Positions 47,206-59,400 of a stretch of 64,000 bases of DNA are shown in pieces (within the stretch, counting starts at the first letter, position 1; every line of letters starts with the position of its first letter). Source of the stretch: Phoronis australis (taxonomy: Eukaryota > Animalia > Phoronida); contig NMRA01000027.1 in NCBI GenBank assembly GCA_002633005.1, positions 161,265-225,264 of the forward strand, given 5' to 3'. Both the position numbers and the translations under genes were made by a program. The notes under the pieces were generated by a model. It saw nothing but the letters and a program-made list of their open reading frames with translations, did no database searches and was not told where the DNA came from.

Positions 47206-50200
47206 AACGGTTGAAAGTCAATTCTTTTTCATTTTCGCTACTGAGGGAGGGCCAGAGGACTTAGGAACGGAGGGGCATCGATTTTCAACGGTTAGTTTTT
47301 CAGCAATATACGTTTGAACTGAGGAGGCGGAATCTCCGTAAAATTCTCGGTTTTTCGGGGTAGGGCAAAGTAGTGCGCGGTTTTGCGCCAATTGACGAAA
47401 ACTCAATAGTTGAAAGTCAATCTTTTTCTTTTCCTCTACTGGTGAAGGGCCAGAGTACCTAGGAACGGAGGGGCATCGATTTTCAACGGTTAGTTTTCCG
47501 GCAATAGACGTTTGAATTGAGGAGGCGGAATCTCCGTAAAATTCTCGGTTTTTCGGGGTAGGGCAAGGTAGTGCGCGGTTTTGCGCCAATTGACGAAAAC
47601 TCAACCATGAAAGTCAATTCTTTTTCTTTTCCTCTACTGATGGAGGGCCAGAGGACCTAGAAACGGAGGAGCATCGATTTTCAACGGTTTGTTTTCCAGC
47701 AATAGGCGTTTTAACTGAGGAGGCGGATTCTCCGTAAAATTCTCGGTTTTTCGGGGTAGGGCAAAGTAGTGCGCGGTTTTGCGCCAATTGACGAAAACTC
47801 AACCATGAAAGTCAATTCTTTTTCTTTTCCTCTACTGATGGAGGGCCAGAGGACCTAGAAACGGAGGAGCATCGATTTTCAACGGTTTGTTTTCCAGCAA
47901 TAGGCGTTTTAACTGAGGAGGCGGATTCTCCGTAAAATTCTCGGTTTTTCGGGGTAGGGCAAAGTAGTGCGCGGTTTTGCGGCAATTGACGAAACCTCAA
48001 CCGTTGAAAGTCAATTATTTTTCCTTTCCCCTACTGATAGAGGGAAAAAGTACCCAGGAACGGAGGGGCATCGATTTTCAATGGTTAGTTTTTCAGCAAT
48101 AGACGCTTGAACTGAGGAGGCGGAATCTCCGTTAAATTCTCGGTTTTTCGGGGTAGGGCAAAGTAGTGCGCGGTTTTGCGTCAATTGACGAAAACTCAAT
48201 GGTTGAAAGTCAATTCCTTTTCTTTTCCTCTACTGGTGGAGGGCCAGAGTACCTAGGAACGGAGGGGCACCGATTTTCAACGGTTAGTTTTCCGGCAATA
48301 GACGTTTGAATTGAGGAGGCGGAATCTCCGTAAAATTCTCGGTTTTTCGGGGTAGTGTAAAGTAGTGCGCGGTTTTGCGCCAATTGAAGAAAACTCAATA
48401 GTTGAAAGTCAATTATTTTTCTTTTCCTCTACTGAGGGAGGGCCAGAGGACCTAGGAACGGAGGAGCATCGATTTTCAACGGTTAGTTTTCCGGCAATGG
48501 ACGTTTCAATTGAGGACGCGGATTCTCCGTAAAATTCTCGGTTTTTCGGGTTAGGGAAAAGTCGTGCGGAGCTTTGTGCCAATTGACGAAAACTTGACAG
48601 TTGAAAGTCAATTCTTTTTCTTTTCCTCTACTGATAGAGGGCCAGAAGACCTATGAACGGAGGAGCATTGATGTTCAACTGTTAGTTTTCCGGCAATAGA
48701 CGCTTCAACTGAGGAGGCGGAATCTCCGTAAAATTCTCGGTTTTTCGGGAAAGGACAAAGTCGTGCGGGACTTTGTGCCGATTGACGAAAACTTAACTGT
48801 TGAAAGTCAATTCTTTTTCATTTTCTCTACTGACGGAGGGCCAGAGTACCTAGGAACGGAGGGGCATCGATTTTCAACGGTTAGTTTTCTGGCAATAGAC
48901 GTTAGAATTGAGGAGGCGGAATCTATGTAAAATTCTCGGTTTTTCGGGGTAGGGCAAGGTAGTGCGCGGTTTTGCGCCAATTGACGAAAACTCAACCATG
49001 AAAGTCAATTCTTTTTCTTTTCCTCTACTGATGGAGGGCCAGATGAACTAGAAACGGAGGAGCATCGATTTTCAACGGTTTCTTTTCAAGCAATAGGCGT
49101 TTTAACTGAGGAGGCCGATTCTCCGTAAAATTCTCGGTTTTTCGGGGTAGGGCAAAGTAGTGCGCGGTTTTGCGGCAATTGACGAAACCTCAACCGTTGA
49201 ACGTCATATATTTTTCTTTTCCTCTACTGAGGGAGGGCCAGAGGATCTAGGAACGGAGGGGCATCGATTTTCAACGGTTTATTTTCCAGCAATAGGCGTT
49301 TGAACTGAGGAGGCGGAATCTCCGTAAAATTCTCGGTTTTTCCAGGTAGGGCAAAGTAGTGCGCGGTTTTGCNAACGGTTAGTTTTCCGGCAATAGACGT
49401 TTGAGTTGAGGAGGCGGAATCTCCGTAAAATTCTCGGTTTTTCGGGGTAGTGCAAAGTAGTGCGCGGTTTTTCGCCAATTAACGAAAACTCAACCGTTGA
49501 AAGTCAATTCTTTTTTTTCCTCTATTGATGGAGGGCCAGAGTACCTAGGAACGGAGGGGCATCGATTTCCAACGACTAGTTTTCCGGCAATAGACCTTTG
49601 AGTTGAGGAGGCGGAATCTCCGTAAAATTCTCGGTTTTTCGGGGTGGAGCAAAATAGTGCGCGGTTTTTCGCCAATTGACGAAGACTCAACCGTTGAAAG
49701 TCAATTCTTATTCTTTTTCTCTACTGATGGAGGGCCAGAGGACCTAGGAACGGAGGGGCATCGATTTTCAACAGTTAGTTTTTCAGCAATAGACGTTTGA
49801 ACTGAGGAGGCGGAATCTAGGTAAAATTCTCGGTTTTTCGGGGTAGGGCAATGTCGTGCGCCGTTTTGCGCCAATTGACGAAAACTCAACCGTTTAAAGT
49901 CAATTCTTTTTCTTCTCCTCTACTGATGAAGGGCCAGAGGACCTAGGAACGGAGGAGCATCGATTTTCAACGGTTAGATTTCCGGCAATAGACGTTTCAA
50001 CTAAGGAGGCGGAATCTCCGTATAATTCTCGGTTTTTCGGGGTAGGGCAAAGTAGAGCGCGGTTTTGCGCCAATTGACGAAAACTCAACCGTTGAAAGTC
50101 AATTTTTTTCCTTTCCTCTATTGATGGAGGGCCAGAGTACCTAGGAACGGAGGGGCATCGATTTTCAACGGTTTGTTTTTCAGCAATAGACGTTTGAATT

Positions 50201-51590
50201 GAGGAGGCCGAATCTTCGTAAAATTCTCGTTTTTTCGAGGTAGGGCAAAGTCGTGCGCGGTTTTGCGCCAATTGACGAAAACTCAACCTGTGTGAAGTCA
50301 ATTCTTTTTCTTTTCCTCTACTGATGGAGGGCCAGAGTACCTAGGAACGGAGGGGCATCGATTTCCAACGGTTAGTTTTCCGGCAATAGACGTTTGAGTT
50401 GAGGAGGCGGAATCTCCGTAAAATTCTCGGTTTTTCGGGGTAGGGCAAAGTAGTGCTCGGTTCTGCGCCAATTGACGAAAACTCAACAGTTGAAAGTCAA
50501 TTCTTTTTCTTTTCCTTTACTGAGGGAGGGCGAGAGGACCTAGGAACGGAGGAGCATCGATTTTCAAAAGGTTAGTTTTCCGGCAATAGACGTTAGAATT
50601 GAGGAGGCGGAATCTCCGTAAAATTCTCGGTTTTTCGGGGTAGGGCAAAGTAGAGCGCGGTTTTGCGCCAATTGACGAAAACTCAACCATGAAAGTCAAT
50701 TCTTTTTCTTTTCCTCTACTGATGGAGGGCCAGAGGACATAGAAACGGAGGAGCATCGATTTTCAACGTTTTGTTTTCCAGCAATAGGCGTTTTAACTGA
50801 GGAGGCGGATTCTCCGTAAAATTCCCGATTTTTCGGGGTAGGGCAAAGTAGTGCGCGGTTTTGCGGCAATTGACGAAACCTCAACCGTTGAAAGTCAATT
50901 ATTTTGAGGAGCTCCGATTTTCAACGGTTAGTTTTTCAGCAATAGACGTTTGAACTGAGGAGGCGGAATCTCCGTAAAATTGTCGGTTTTTCGAGTTAGG
51001 GCAAAGTCGTGCACGGTTTTGCGCCAATTGACGAAAACTCAACCGTTGAAAGTCAATTCTTTTTCTTTTCCTCTATTGATAGAGGGCCAGAGTATCTAGG
51101 AACGGAGGGGCATCGATTTTCAACGGTTAGTTTTCCGGCAATAGACGTTTGAACTGAGGAGGCGGAATCTCCGTAAAATTATCGGTTTTTCGAGGTAGGG
51201 CAAAGTCGTGCGCGGTTTTGCGCCAATTGACGAAAACTCAACAGTTGAAAGTCAATTCTTTTTCTTTTCCTCTACTCACGGAAGGCCAGAGGACCTAGGA
51301 ACGGAGGAGCATCGATTTTCAACATTTAGTTTTTCAGCAATAGACGTTTGAATTAAGGAGGCGGAATCTCCGTATAATTCTCGGTTTTTCGGGGTAGGGC
51401 AAAGTGATGCGCGGTTTTGCGCCAATTGACGAAAAGTCAACCGCTGAAAGTCAATTCTTTTTAATTTCCTCTACTGAAGGAGGGCCAGAGTACCTAGGAA
51501 CGGAGGGGCATCGGTTTTCAACGGTTAGTTTTTCAGCAATAGACGTTTGAACTGAGGAGGAGGAATCTCCGTAAAATTCTCGGTTTTTCG
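47206..51590. repeat. Satellite DNA array 2, same 199-bp family and orientation (~22 copies)
   Basis: Same monomer as array 1, with some 198-bp variants (aaccatgaaagtc). Single N at 49373. Confidence 0.98.
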
Positions 51591-53450
51591 TCCGCTTTTT
51601 GTCAGCAAAAGGTCTACATCGCCAGAAATTAGACCCCCCATATTAAATGCTGAGTACGCTCATGGATTTTGATGAAGCGATAACTCAAGACCCCCCGAGA
51701 CTGCCCCGTGAATAACCGATAAACGCGAGAATAAGCTTTTCCAGGACTGATGTTTTCTAAGAATGACAATTGAGCCGCTATATAACGGAAAGATTCTTGA
51801 ATAGACACACACACACACACCGGACGATTTCGGCTCTCGCCGAAGCCACACCGACGGAGAAGGCATCTACGTCAACTAGACCTTGAGTAATAAGGTAGGT
51901 AGTGCTGTTTTATATCGTGGCCCTTCAGGGAATGTGTCGCACGTTGTACGACCGAGACTTCACTCGTGTTTTACGCGTTATTGCTGTATTCAATGACAAA
52001 ATGGTTTGTAGGTAACGTGAGCTCTGAAGAAGTTGTACGCTTCTCCAACCTGGTTTTACGCTCGTATTTTTCGCTCGCAAAATTACGGACCGTAAAACGC
52101 ACACTCTATCGATCTGAGATAACTATAGGAGATTCAGAACTCACTGCTTGGTTATTACGTTTGTCGATCGTTACCGGTTTTTACGCAATAATTTACCGTG
52201 TTGGTACACTACTTGTTATAATGTATAGTTTCCTTGTTGTATCTATATCGTGACAAGGATACTGGGATTGCGGGAGTATCTCAAGTTCTCTACATGTTGC
52301 GAGTGCATCATGAAGGGAAGTGAAACGCGGGAAACAAACGCCAGCTTCGTAGTCCAGTCATTCTACGGATAACCCGTAAAAAATTGCAACGGAAGGTTTT
52401 ATTGCATAAATCGTATCCTTTCACACCCCTTAGTGGCGAAAAAAAGTCTACCGGAATCGGAGTGGCGGAAGTTGTTTTTTCAAGATGGCGGACAAAATGG
52501 CCGCCAGATTTTCTGATGCTCACTATAACTCAAGAGTGGAATGTGATAGAGTAAAAATTCAAACAGGTTTACCTATGTTTTGTGGGTCAATAAATCCATT
52601 GGAAATGGTTTTGCATGGCTGTGGTGACACCGTCCGCCATTTTCCAAGATGGCCGCCAAATTTACTTGAGTCGCACAACTTCGCACTAACAAATTAGTGT
52701 TCCGTCTTGCTTCAAACGTCGCATCATAGGTTTTCTGGGCCGACTAATCCATTGAGACTCATTGCATTTGGCACTAATGATTACTTCCACCATTTCCAAG
52801 ATGGCGGACAAAATGGCCGCCAGATTTGCAGATGATCATTATAACTCGAGAGTGGAATGTGATAGAGTAAAACTTCAAAAAGGTTTACCTTTCTTTTGTG
52901 GGTAAACAAATCCATTGGAAAAGTTTTGCATGGCTGTGGTGACACCATCAGCCATTTTCCAAGATGGCCTCCAAAACTATTTCGAATCGCACAACTTCGC
53001 ACAAACAGATTAGTGCGTCTTGCTTCAAACAGTGTATCATAGGTTTTCTGGGTCGACTAATCCTTTTAGACTCATTGCGTTTGGCTCTAATGATTACTTC
53101 CACCATTTTGTAAGATGGCCACCAAATAGTTGCTTTGTGTAAGAACTTAAGATTCCAGAGACACGCCATATCCTGAGTTTTTTAGGTCAGCACGTCCATT
53201 ACAATGATTTTTGTCTGGGTCTTGATGATTACGACTACCATTTTCAAGATGGTTTAACGAATAACTTATTTGGGTCAAAAACATCAGGTTTAGCTGGACT
53301 GAAGGGTCATTCTCCTCCTGAAAAAGTGTGCTGTATTGAAAATAACTCTCTGCAATTAACTCAGTGATCTACTATCCACACTGTCTGTGTCACTGCCAGT
53401 TAGTTGTAAATGCTAGTGAATCTATACACAATCAACCAGTATTTACACAA

Positions 53451-55789
53451 CTAATTTCTGTCAACTGAGAATGAATTGCTGCAGCTAAAACCACGGCATT
53501 CTCCACATTCAATTGAGTACGGCATTCCTAACTTCTTGCAAGTACACCTCTTGGAACTGCAGTTGGTCTTACACGAGCATCTCACTACTTTCAGCAGGTG
53601 CTGACTGGCCCGTCGTCGTGGGAATGAATTTTCCACGTGCCAGCATCCATCCCCAATACAGCGAGTCTAGGCCACTGCCACGGAAACTTGACCGCTCTTG
53701 CTCTTGATAATATGTTCTGGCAGCATGGAATTTAGCTACTGAAGAAAGTTGGTGATAATGACTGTATTTGGACTGTGGCTTGTCTGACACCTCATCCACA
53801 AATCGCCTGTATCGCAAGTCATCCAAATTTCCAGAGCCAGTACCGCCATGAAGCACAGATACAACTCTTACCAGCTTCAAATATGTCTTGCTTCAGCTGC
53901 ATGTGTCTAGTGAATACTCTTACTAGAGTTTGCAGAGTTCTCGATCATGCAGTTTCTTGAATGGGAGAGCCTTCGCTAATACCAAACAGCTGTAATGTTC
54001 TGGTGCAACCACCTATTGCACGCGCAAATGGCAAAACTGCGCAAGTTTCGGCACCAAGAGACAACTGTATTTCCTTGGTGCCCCAGGCTCTCCTCTTGCT
54101 TTGGTGCCTCTTGTCAAATTTCATGAACATTGGAATTTGTTGTGAAGTAGCATGGTAATGCAAAAAAAACCAACAAGTCTGTATCGTCTGCAATAAGGGT
54201 AGTTGGACCTTGTGCTGCGTTCTCTACTGCTGTTTCTATAATTAAAACATCTGCGTCACCTTGAGCTTGTACCACTGTGCAACCAGCATTTCCTAGCAAA
54301 CTTGAAGTGATTTTCAGTTCCAACCACCCCACCCTGTCTGCGAACATGAGAGATATCTTTAGTTGATGATCCATCTCAGTAACCATCAAAAGCAACAGTA
54401 GGCTGGGTGCACTTGCTGATGTAATCCACGTAAGCTCTACCAAATGACTGAAACGTTGCACCTCTAGGCCATGGAATACGGTGAAGGAGAGAACCACCGT
54501 CGATTACGTGCATCACCGTGTTTTCTGGAAATTGAAATCCTCAGGTAGTCCCCCACTGGACCAGAGTGGGTCAGCTCATATTGATTTATTAGCGACTCTG
54601 GGAAGACCAGATGTATCAAAAAGAGCAGGGTACCCAACACAAACTTCAAAAGGCTTGATGAACTTTCACTGTTGTCTTTTGCAGCTGTCAGGATTCGCTG
54701 AAATGGCAGTCGTGGATCCACTTGTGTAAAATTACTATTAGAAGCATGAACTGATTGACTTGTCATTGCCACAACCTTGTCTTTCTTTCCGAATGTGAAG
54801 TCTTTCACACTTGACCCCTCCATAGACAAGTGAACCGCCTTCCCCACTTATCTGGCATTTTCGGCTCTGACGCATGTGCCTGCAGTCACACCAGTGGAGA
54901 TGTTCTGTAATGGTTCTCTTTAAAATGGGTTACTGTTGTGGAGGAATTCAACAAGGCTGCGGATGTCTTTGTCGTCACGCGATTGTCTTGTCTGGGTACA
55001 TTCTTTATGCTGCTGACTTGTTTCACAACTCAAGTTTGTCACAGTCTGCATGGCACCATTTATACCTGAGCATGCCGGCAAGGAAAGCAGCCACGGTGCA
55101 CTCTGTGTATCTCCCATTTCGCAACCTCTAGTTAAATCTCCTGTTGCTTAAATACTTTTTCATGAGCGTTTGTTCAATTACAAGATCATATCTCATTATG
55201 ACAAGCCTGCCCAGAATCTGTCACTTTGTCTTATGTTGTGTTGGCCGTAGACGTCTGGATGGGTGTCTTTGAGTTGCTACGTCTGCTGCAAGTATATGTA
55301 TGAAGATTTTGCATATGAGTTGTGACCAGGGGCTGCAAAGCAAGGCAGCATTTCAGAAACTGTTTGTAGATGAAGCTCCCAATCTGACGTTATTTCTGTT
55401 TTTAAAGAAGTCGAAGGATGTCAGTCATCTTCATATACTGCAGCCAAAGACTAATGATTCGACATTGCAAGGACAAGTCGGAACACTCCGACGAGCATAC
55501 ATCGTCGCACACAGACGTCATGCCAGCAATAAGATCATCATACCGCTTCAGACCAGCTCTCAAGTCATCATGAAGAATATCATTGGCCATTGATTCTTCT
55601 GACGAACTATTCTCTGTCACTGCGAATTCTAAAGACCTATACTCTGATTCAGTCGTGTTTGAATATACCAATGGCAGTAGGTCGGAAGCCAGAAGTGAAC
55701 TCTCGTGAGGGCATTCTGCTGTAATCCAAGGTTCAGAATCGGAAGACACTGGCTGGGCATGGCATGTCCCAGAGTATACATCTAGTTAT
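53451..55789 (-). pseudogene. Academ transposase / XPG-like nuclease / Cys-rich zinc finger pseudogene
   Basis: Frameshifted pieces: LWLQYMKMTDILR; WLLSLPACSGIN; QAQGDADVLIIETA..ADDTDLLV; LPFARAIGGC..LFGI; FHAARTYYQ..WGW; CSCKTNCSSKRCTCKK..CGECRG..CSN. Confidence 0.8.
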
Positions 55790-56477
55790 TGTCGGAATAT
55801 AGACTGACACTGTTTTTAGTTGTATTGTTTTGTTTTGTTATCCTGTTTGATTGGCATGACCCCTGAGTTAATTACAATGATGATGTAATTTGTTTACTAA
55901 TGTATTGTGTGGAACTTTCTAGAAGACTCTAGCACGACAGTGATTAATGCAGTCTGGAATATTCTAGAGACTAGTATATGTTTGTAGAATGATTGGGTAG
56001 ATTCAGGAAAGTTCTAGAATGTGCTTGAATTGATGTAAAGTTCCAGAACAATGCATTAGGCTATAAATACACAAGCACGGGTTTGTGTTAGGCAGATCAA
56101 GTCAGTTCAAGAGAAGATCAAGTCAGTTCAAGAGAAGATCAAGTAAATTCAAGAAAGTTAATCAGGAGAACTACAGTTGAGTTACAGTGAAGAGAATCAG
56201 CAGTTACAGCGATAGTCAATAGAGAGCCAGCTATAGAGACAGCAGGTTATTGAATCGACGAGTGTAACAGTTGCTGAACGTGTCTCAGAAGTCAAGGCTT
56301 CGCAGCATTGGCTGGAGCATAAACAGACATTACGTCGGACGTTTTGTTTGAGTAGGCTTGTGAACATACGGTCGGGATTAATAAAGGATTAACTCGAACC
56401 AGTCTTCAGTCACCGAAAGCTATTAGCACCGGTCTGTAACAACGTGCGCCCACCCACACACGGGGAAAAACGTGACA
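55790..56477 (+). mobile_element. Solo LTR (688 bp) inserted in the Academ element
   Basis: TGTC...GACA termini, 5-bp TSD gttat/gttac, TATAAATA at 56062, AATAAA at 56380. Confidence 0.8.
55911..56049 (+). promoter_or_regulatory. Heat-shock element cluster in the solo LTR U3
   Basis: gGAActTTCtaGAAg (55911-25), aTTCagGAAagTTCtaGAAt (56001-20), plus partial HSEs at 55951-70 and 56040-49. Confidence 0.7.
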
Positions 56478-59400
56478 GTTACATGACCAGTTGGGATGTC
56501 TGGGATGTCTGAAGAATCTGTGTCCATAGTCTGACAAGTGTACAAGCATTGAACTGCTCCACCTTTGGCATGGAATCTGTGTGTTCTATGTTGGTGACAT
56601 TCCGGACTCCTGGAATTTCTGAAGAACCTGAATTTCTTTCTTCATAGGTTTTGGATTGGCGTTAATTGTTCTGTCAATATTTGGAAGTGGGATGTTGAAT
56701 GTTCTGGCTTTTATGATAGCATTCAGTGGTGAGTATACCAACATATGCCCCCCACTGCTCTATCCACATTTTTTCCATTTAACATAAGGATCACACTGAT
56801 GCATTCACCGTCTCAAGAACTTCTTGAAGCCCTGTGCTTGACATTACGTATCCAATACATCCCAGAAAGCTCATCTCAGTATGAAATCTTCCAAGCCTGG
56901 CTAAGAACAAGTGACTGCAGATCACTGTCATTTTGTTTGCTGAAGCTAATTTCCTCTAAAATCAGTTACCCATGTTCATAAAAGGCATGCATATTAAACA
57001 AATTGTGAGTCCTAACTATTAAAATTTAATTATTAATAACTTTTTGTTACACAATCCTATTTGCTTTTTATCATATTCAGGTGAAATCAGCAGCCAAATT
57101 ATCAATACATGCCAGAAGCAGACGAAATCGATGCCTGGGAACAACTAATAATATCTCCAATAGCAGAGAAAAAAGCCACTTCCTGCCCAATTTTATTAAG
57201 AGTTTGTGTAATGAATATGCCAATAAATCCGCCAGAATAACATATTTTTCTAACAAATATTATTTTTGATACCTCAAATGAATATATTTTACATAAAAAT
57301 AATTGAGTTTGTTAAATTTATTATGAAAATTCAACTAAAGCCTTTTCTGAAATACACACCAATTTTTATGTTATATAATCTAAAATGTGATTAAAATTCC
57401 ACATTTAGTATCTAAATCTTAAAAACAAATTGTAGAAACAATCAACTCATTAACCCTGACTGCAGATTGTAAAATGTATTTGTATAAATGGGTATCAGGT
57501 CACAAACAAAGTTTGCAAAACATAAATGCGGTAAATTGGAGTTTGTGAATTGGCGGCCATTTTGTCAGCCATATTAATTTTATTTTCGGAAACCAGTGAC
57601 CAATTGTAAGGTCCAGATATTTTCAATTGTCTAACTTACAAAAGAATAAAACTTTTGCCATTTTCAGGGCAAAATATAAAAAGAAATCTTGCAACATGTA
57701 CCAAATTGCCGTTTCGGCCGCCATTTTGTCGGCCATATTGGTTTTATTTTACTTAAAATTGGCGTCTTTTGATTGGTATGCCTGTTATGAACAAACTTTG
57801 TTGTTTTATTTTTAGCTGTTACATAAGAGTAGTATGCGAGAAAACAGTAAACACCGGTTTTGTCGGACATTTTTTCCGCCATCTTGAAAAACCGACTTCC
57901 GCCACTCCGATTTCGGTAGATTTTTTTCTGACACCAAGGGATGTTTGAAGATGCCATTTATGCAAAAAAACGTTCTGTTGCAATTTTTTCTATGTTGGGC
58001 CCTCTGGAGCCCTAGAATGACTGGACTAGTAGACGTAAGAATCGTGCAAGTATAGTTAGTGCGTGTGATCACGTGCCTTTGTTGAAATCAGCTCGTCTGT
58101 TTGGCTGAAACGCTAGCGTAAGTTCGTCACTCGTGTGAACCTCAAATAGTGCCATATACATGTATATATAATGATACAAACAGACTTCATTTTCCCTTTT
58201 CACAGGCAAAACTATACTCGGTACTTTTCTGGCAATAATGACGCTGTGCGCTGAGCATCGTATTTTATTCACGACTAAATAAATGCTCCTTAAGTTAACA
58301 TACTTCCGATATCAGCAGTGATTATTTTCACATTAATAGGTGGTCCTTGTGCAGTAGTGCATTGATGGTGGGGTGCTTGGGATTTGTCAGGGCAATTAAA
58401 ATTTTACCACACCTGGATATTCTTTTCATATAAATTTATCTGTCTTCTAAATCGCTTTTGACGTCGCTTTCACTGTGTATTCGCTGAGTCATCCTGGCCA
58501 CCGAAACTAGATGGAACAGGGTTTAGCATCATCCGAAACACCTCGGGTATGGCGTAGCTACAAATTTAAAGACAAGGTACACCAACGAATCGGCTTCTCA
58601 TCATATATCTCCCTTGCTAACATCTTTGATCTGTAAGAGTAAAAAATTCTCGAAAAATCTAGTGTGATTTTTTATGTTTATTACGAAAAATAGAATGTAC
58701 CGAAAGCGCTAGAAAGTATCATATCTGCTGCGATCACGTGATTCGCTTTTAACACATGGGGACATTTCCCGAATACTTGAATGACCTTGCGTTATACCGA
58801 GTTTCTTTGGTCTTCGTAAAGGATCCCGGAGTATTTGTTTCAAGTGAAACTGGGCTACATTCCGTAGAACCCGTCCACGACATCAGCCATGTGCTTCTAA
58901 CGAGAAATCTTCGAGAGGAAACCGAAAATTATATTCCCAAATACACGACCCCACGGGTTCCTCCACTATTTTGAATATGTAATCAGGTAAACAAACCAAT
59001 ACACATGCAGTTCCCATGTAAGTGGACGGGAGAGTAAGAGTTATTTGAACTTAAATTTTGCAAAGGATATCAACAAGATTGGCAAATGCCGTTCGGCATT
59101 CCCAAACCATTCAGAATTATCACAAGTCCATTTTTATGCCTGTGTACTACCTGCGCTCAATTTAAAAAGGCCGATTTTAGCATTAATTCGGTAATTTGCA
59201 AGGTCAGTAACGTTTTTACAAATTCCACCCTCGCATCAGTATGTATGCTGTTTTCATTACATGTAAAAATTAGCCTAAAAGGCATTGTACAATTCTAACA
59301 GGGTTTTTCATTGTACACGTTACTAGGATCGCTGCCTTTCTGTGACTCCGTCGAAAACTATGAACAAAATGAAAACCGAGAGTTGTCTCGCATCAAAACC

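Larger units (their letters stand above)
52350..58028 (-). mobile_element. AcademX-like DNA transposon, decayed
   Basis: TAG...CTA termini (tagtccagtcattcta) with ~170-bp imperfect TIRs. ~310-bp subterminal tandem repeats rich in caagatggc. Internal transposase, XPG-like and Cys-rich fragments. No clean TSD. Confidence 0.78.
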
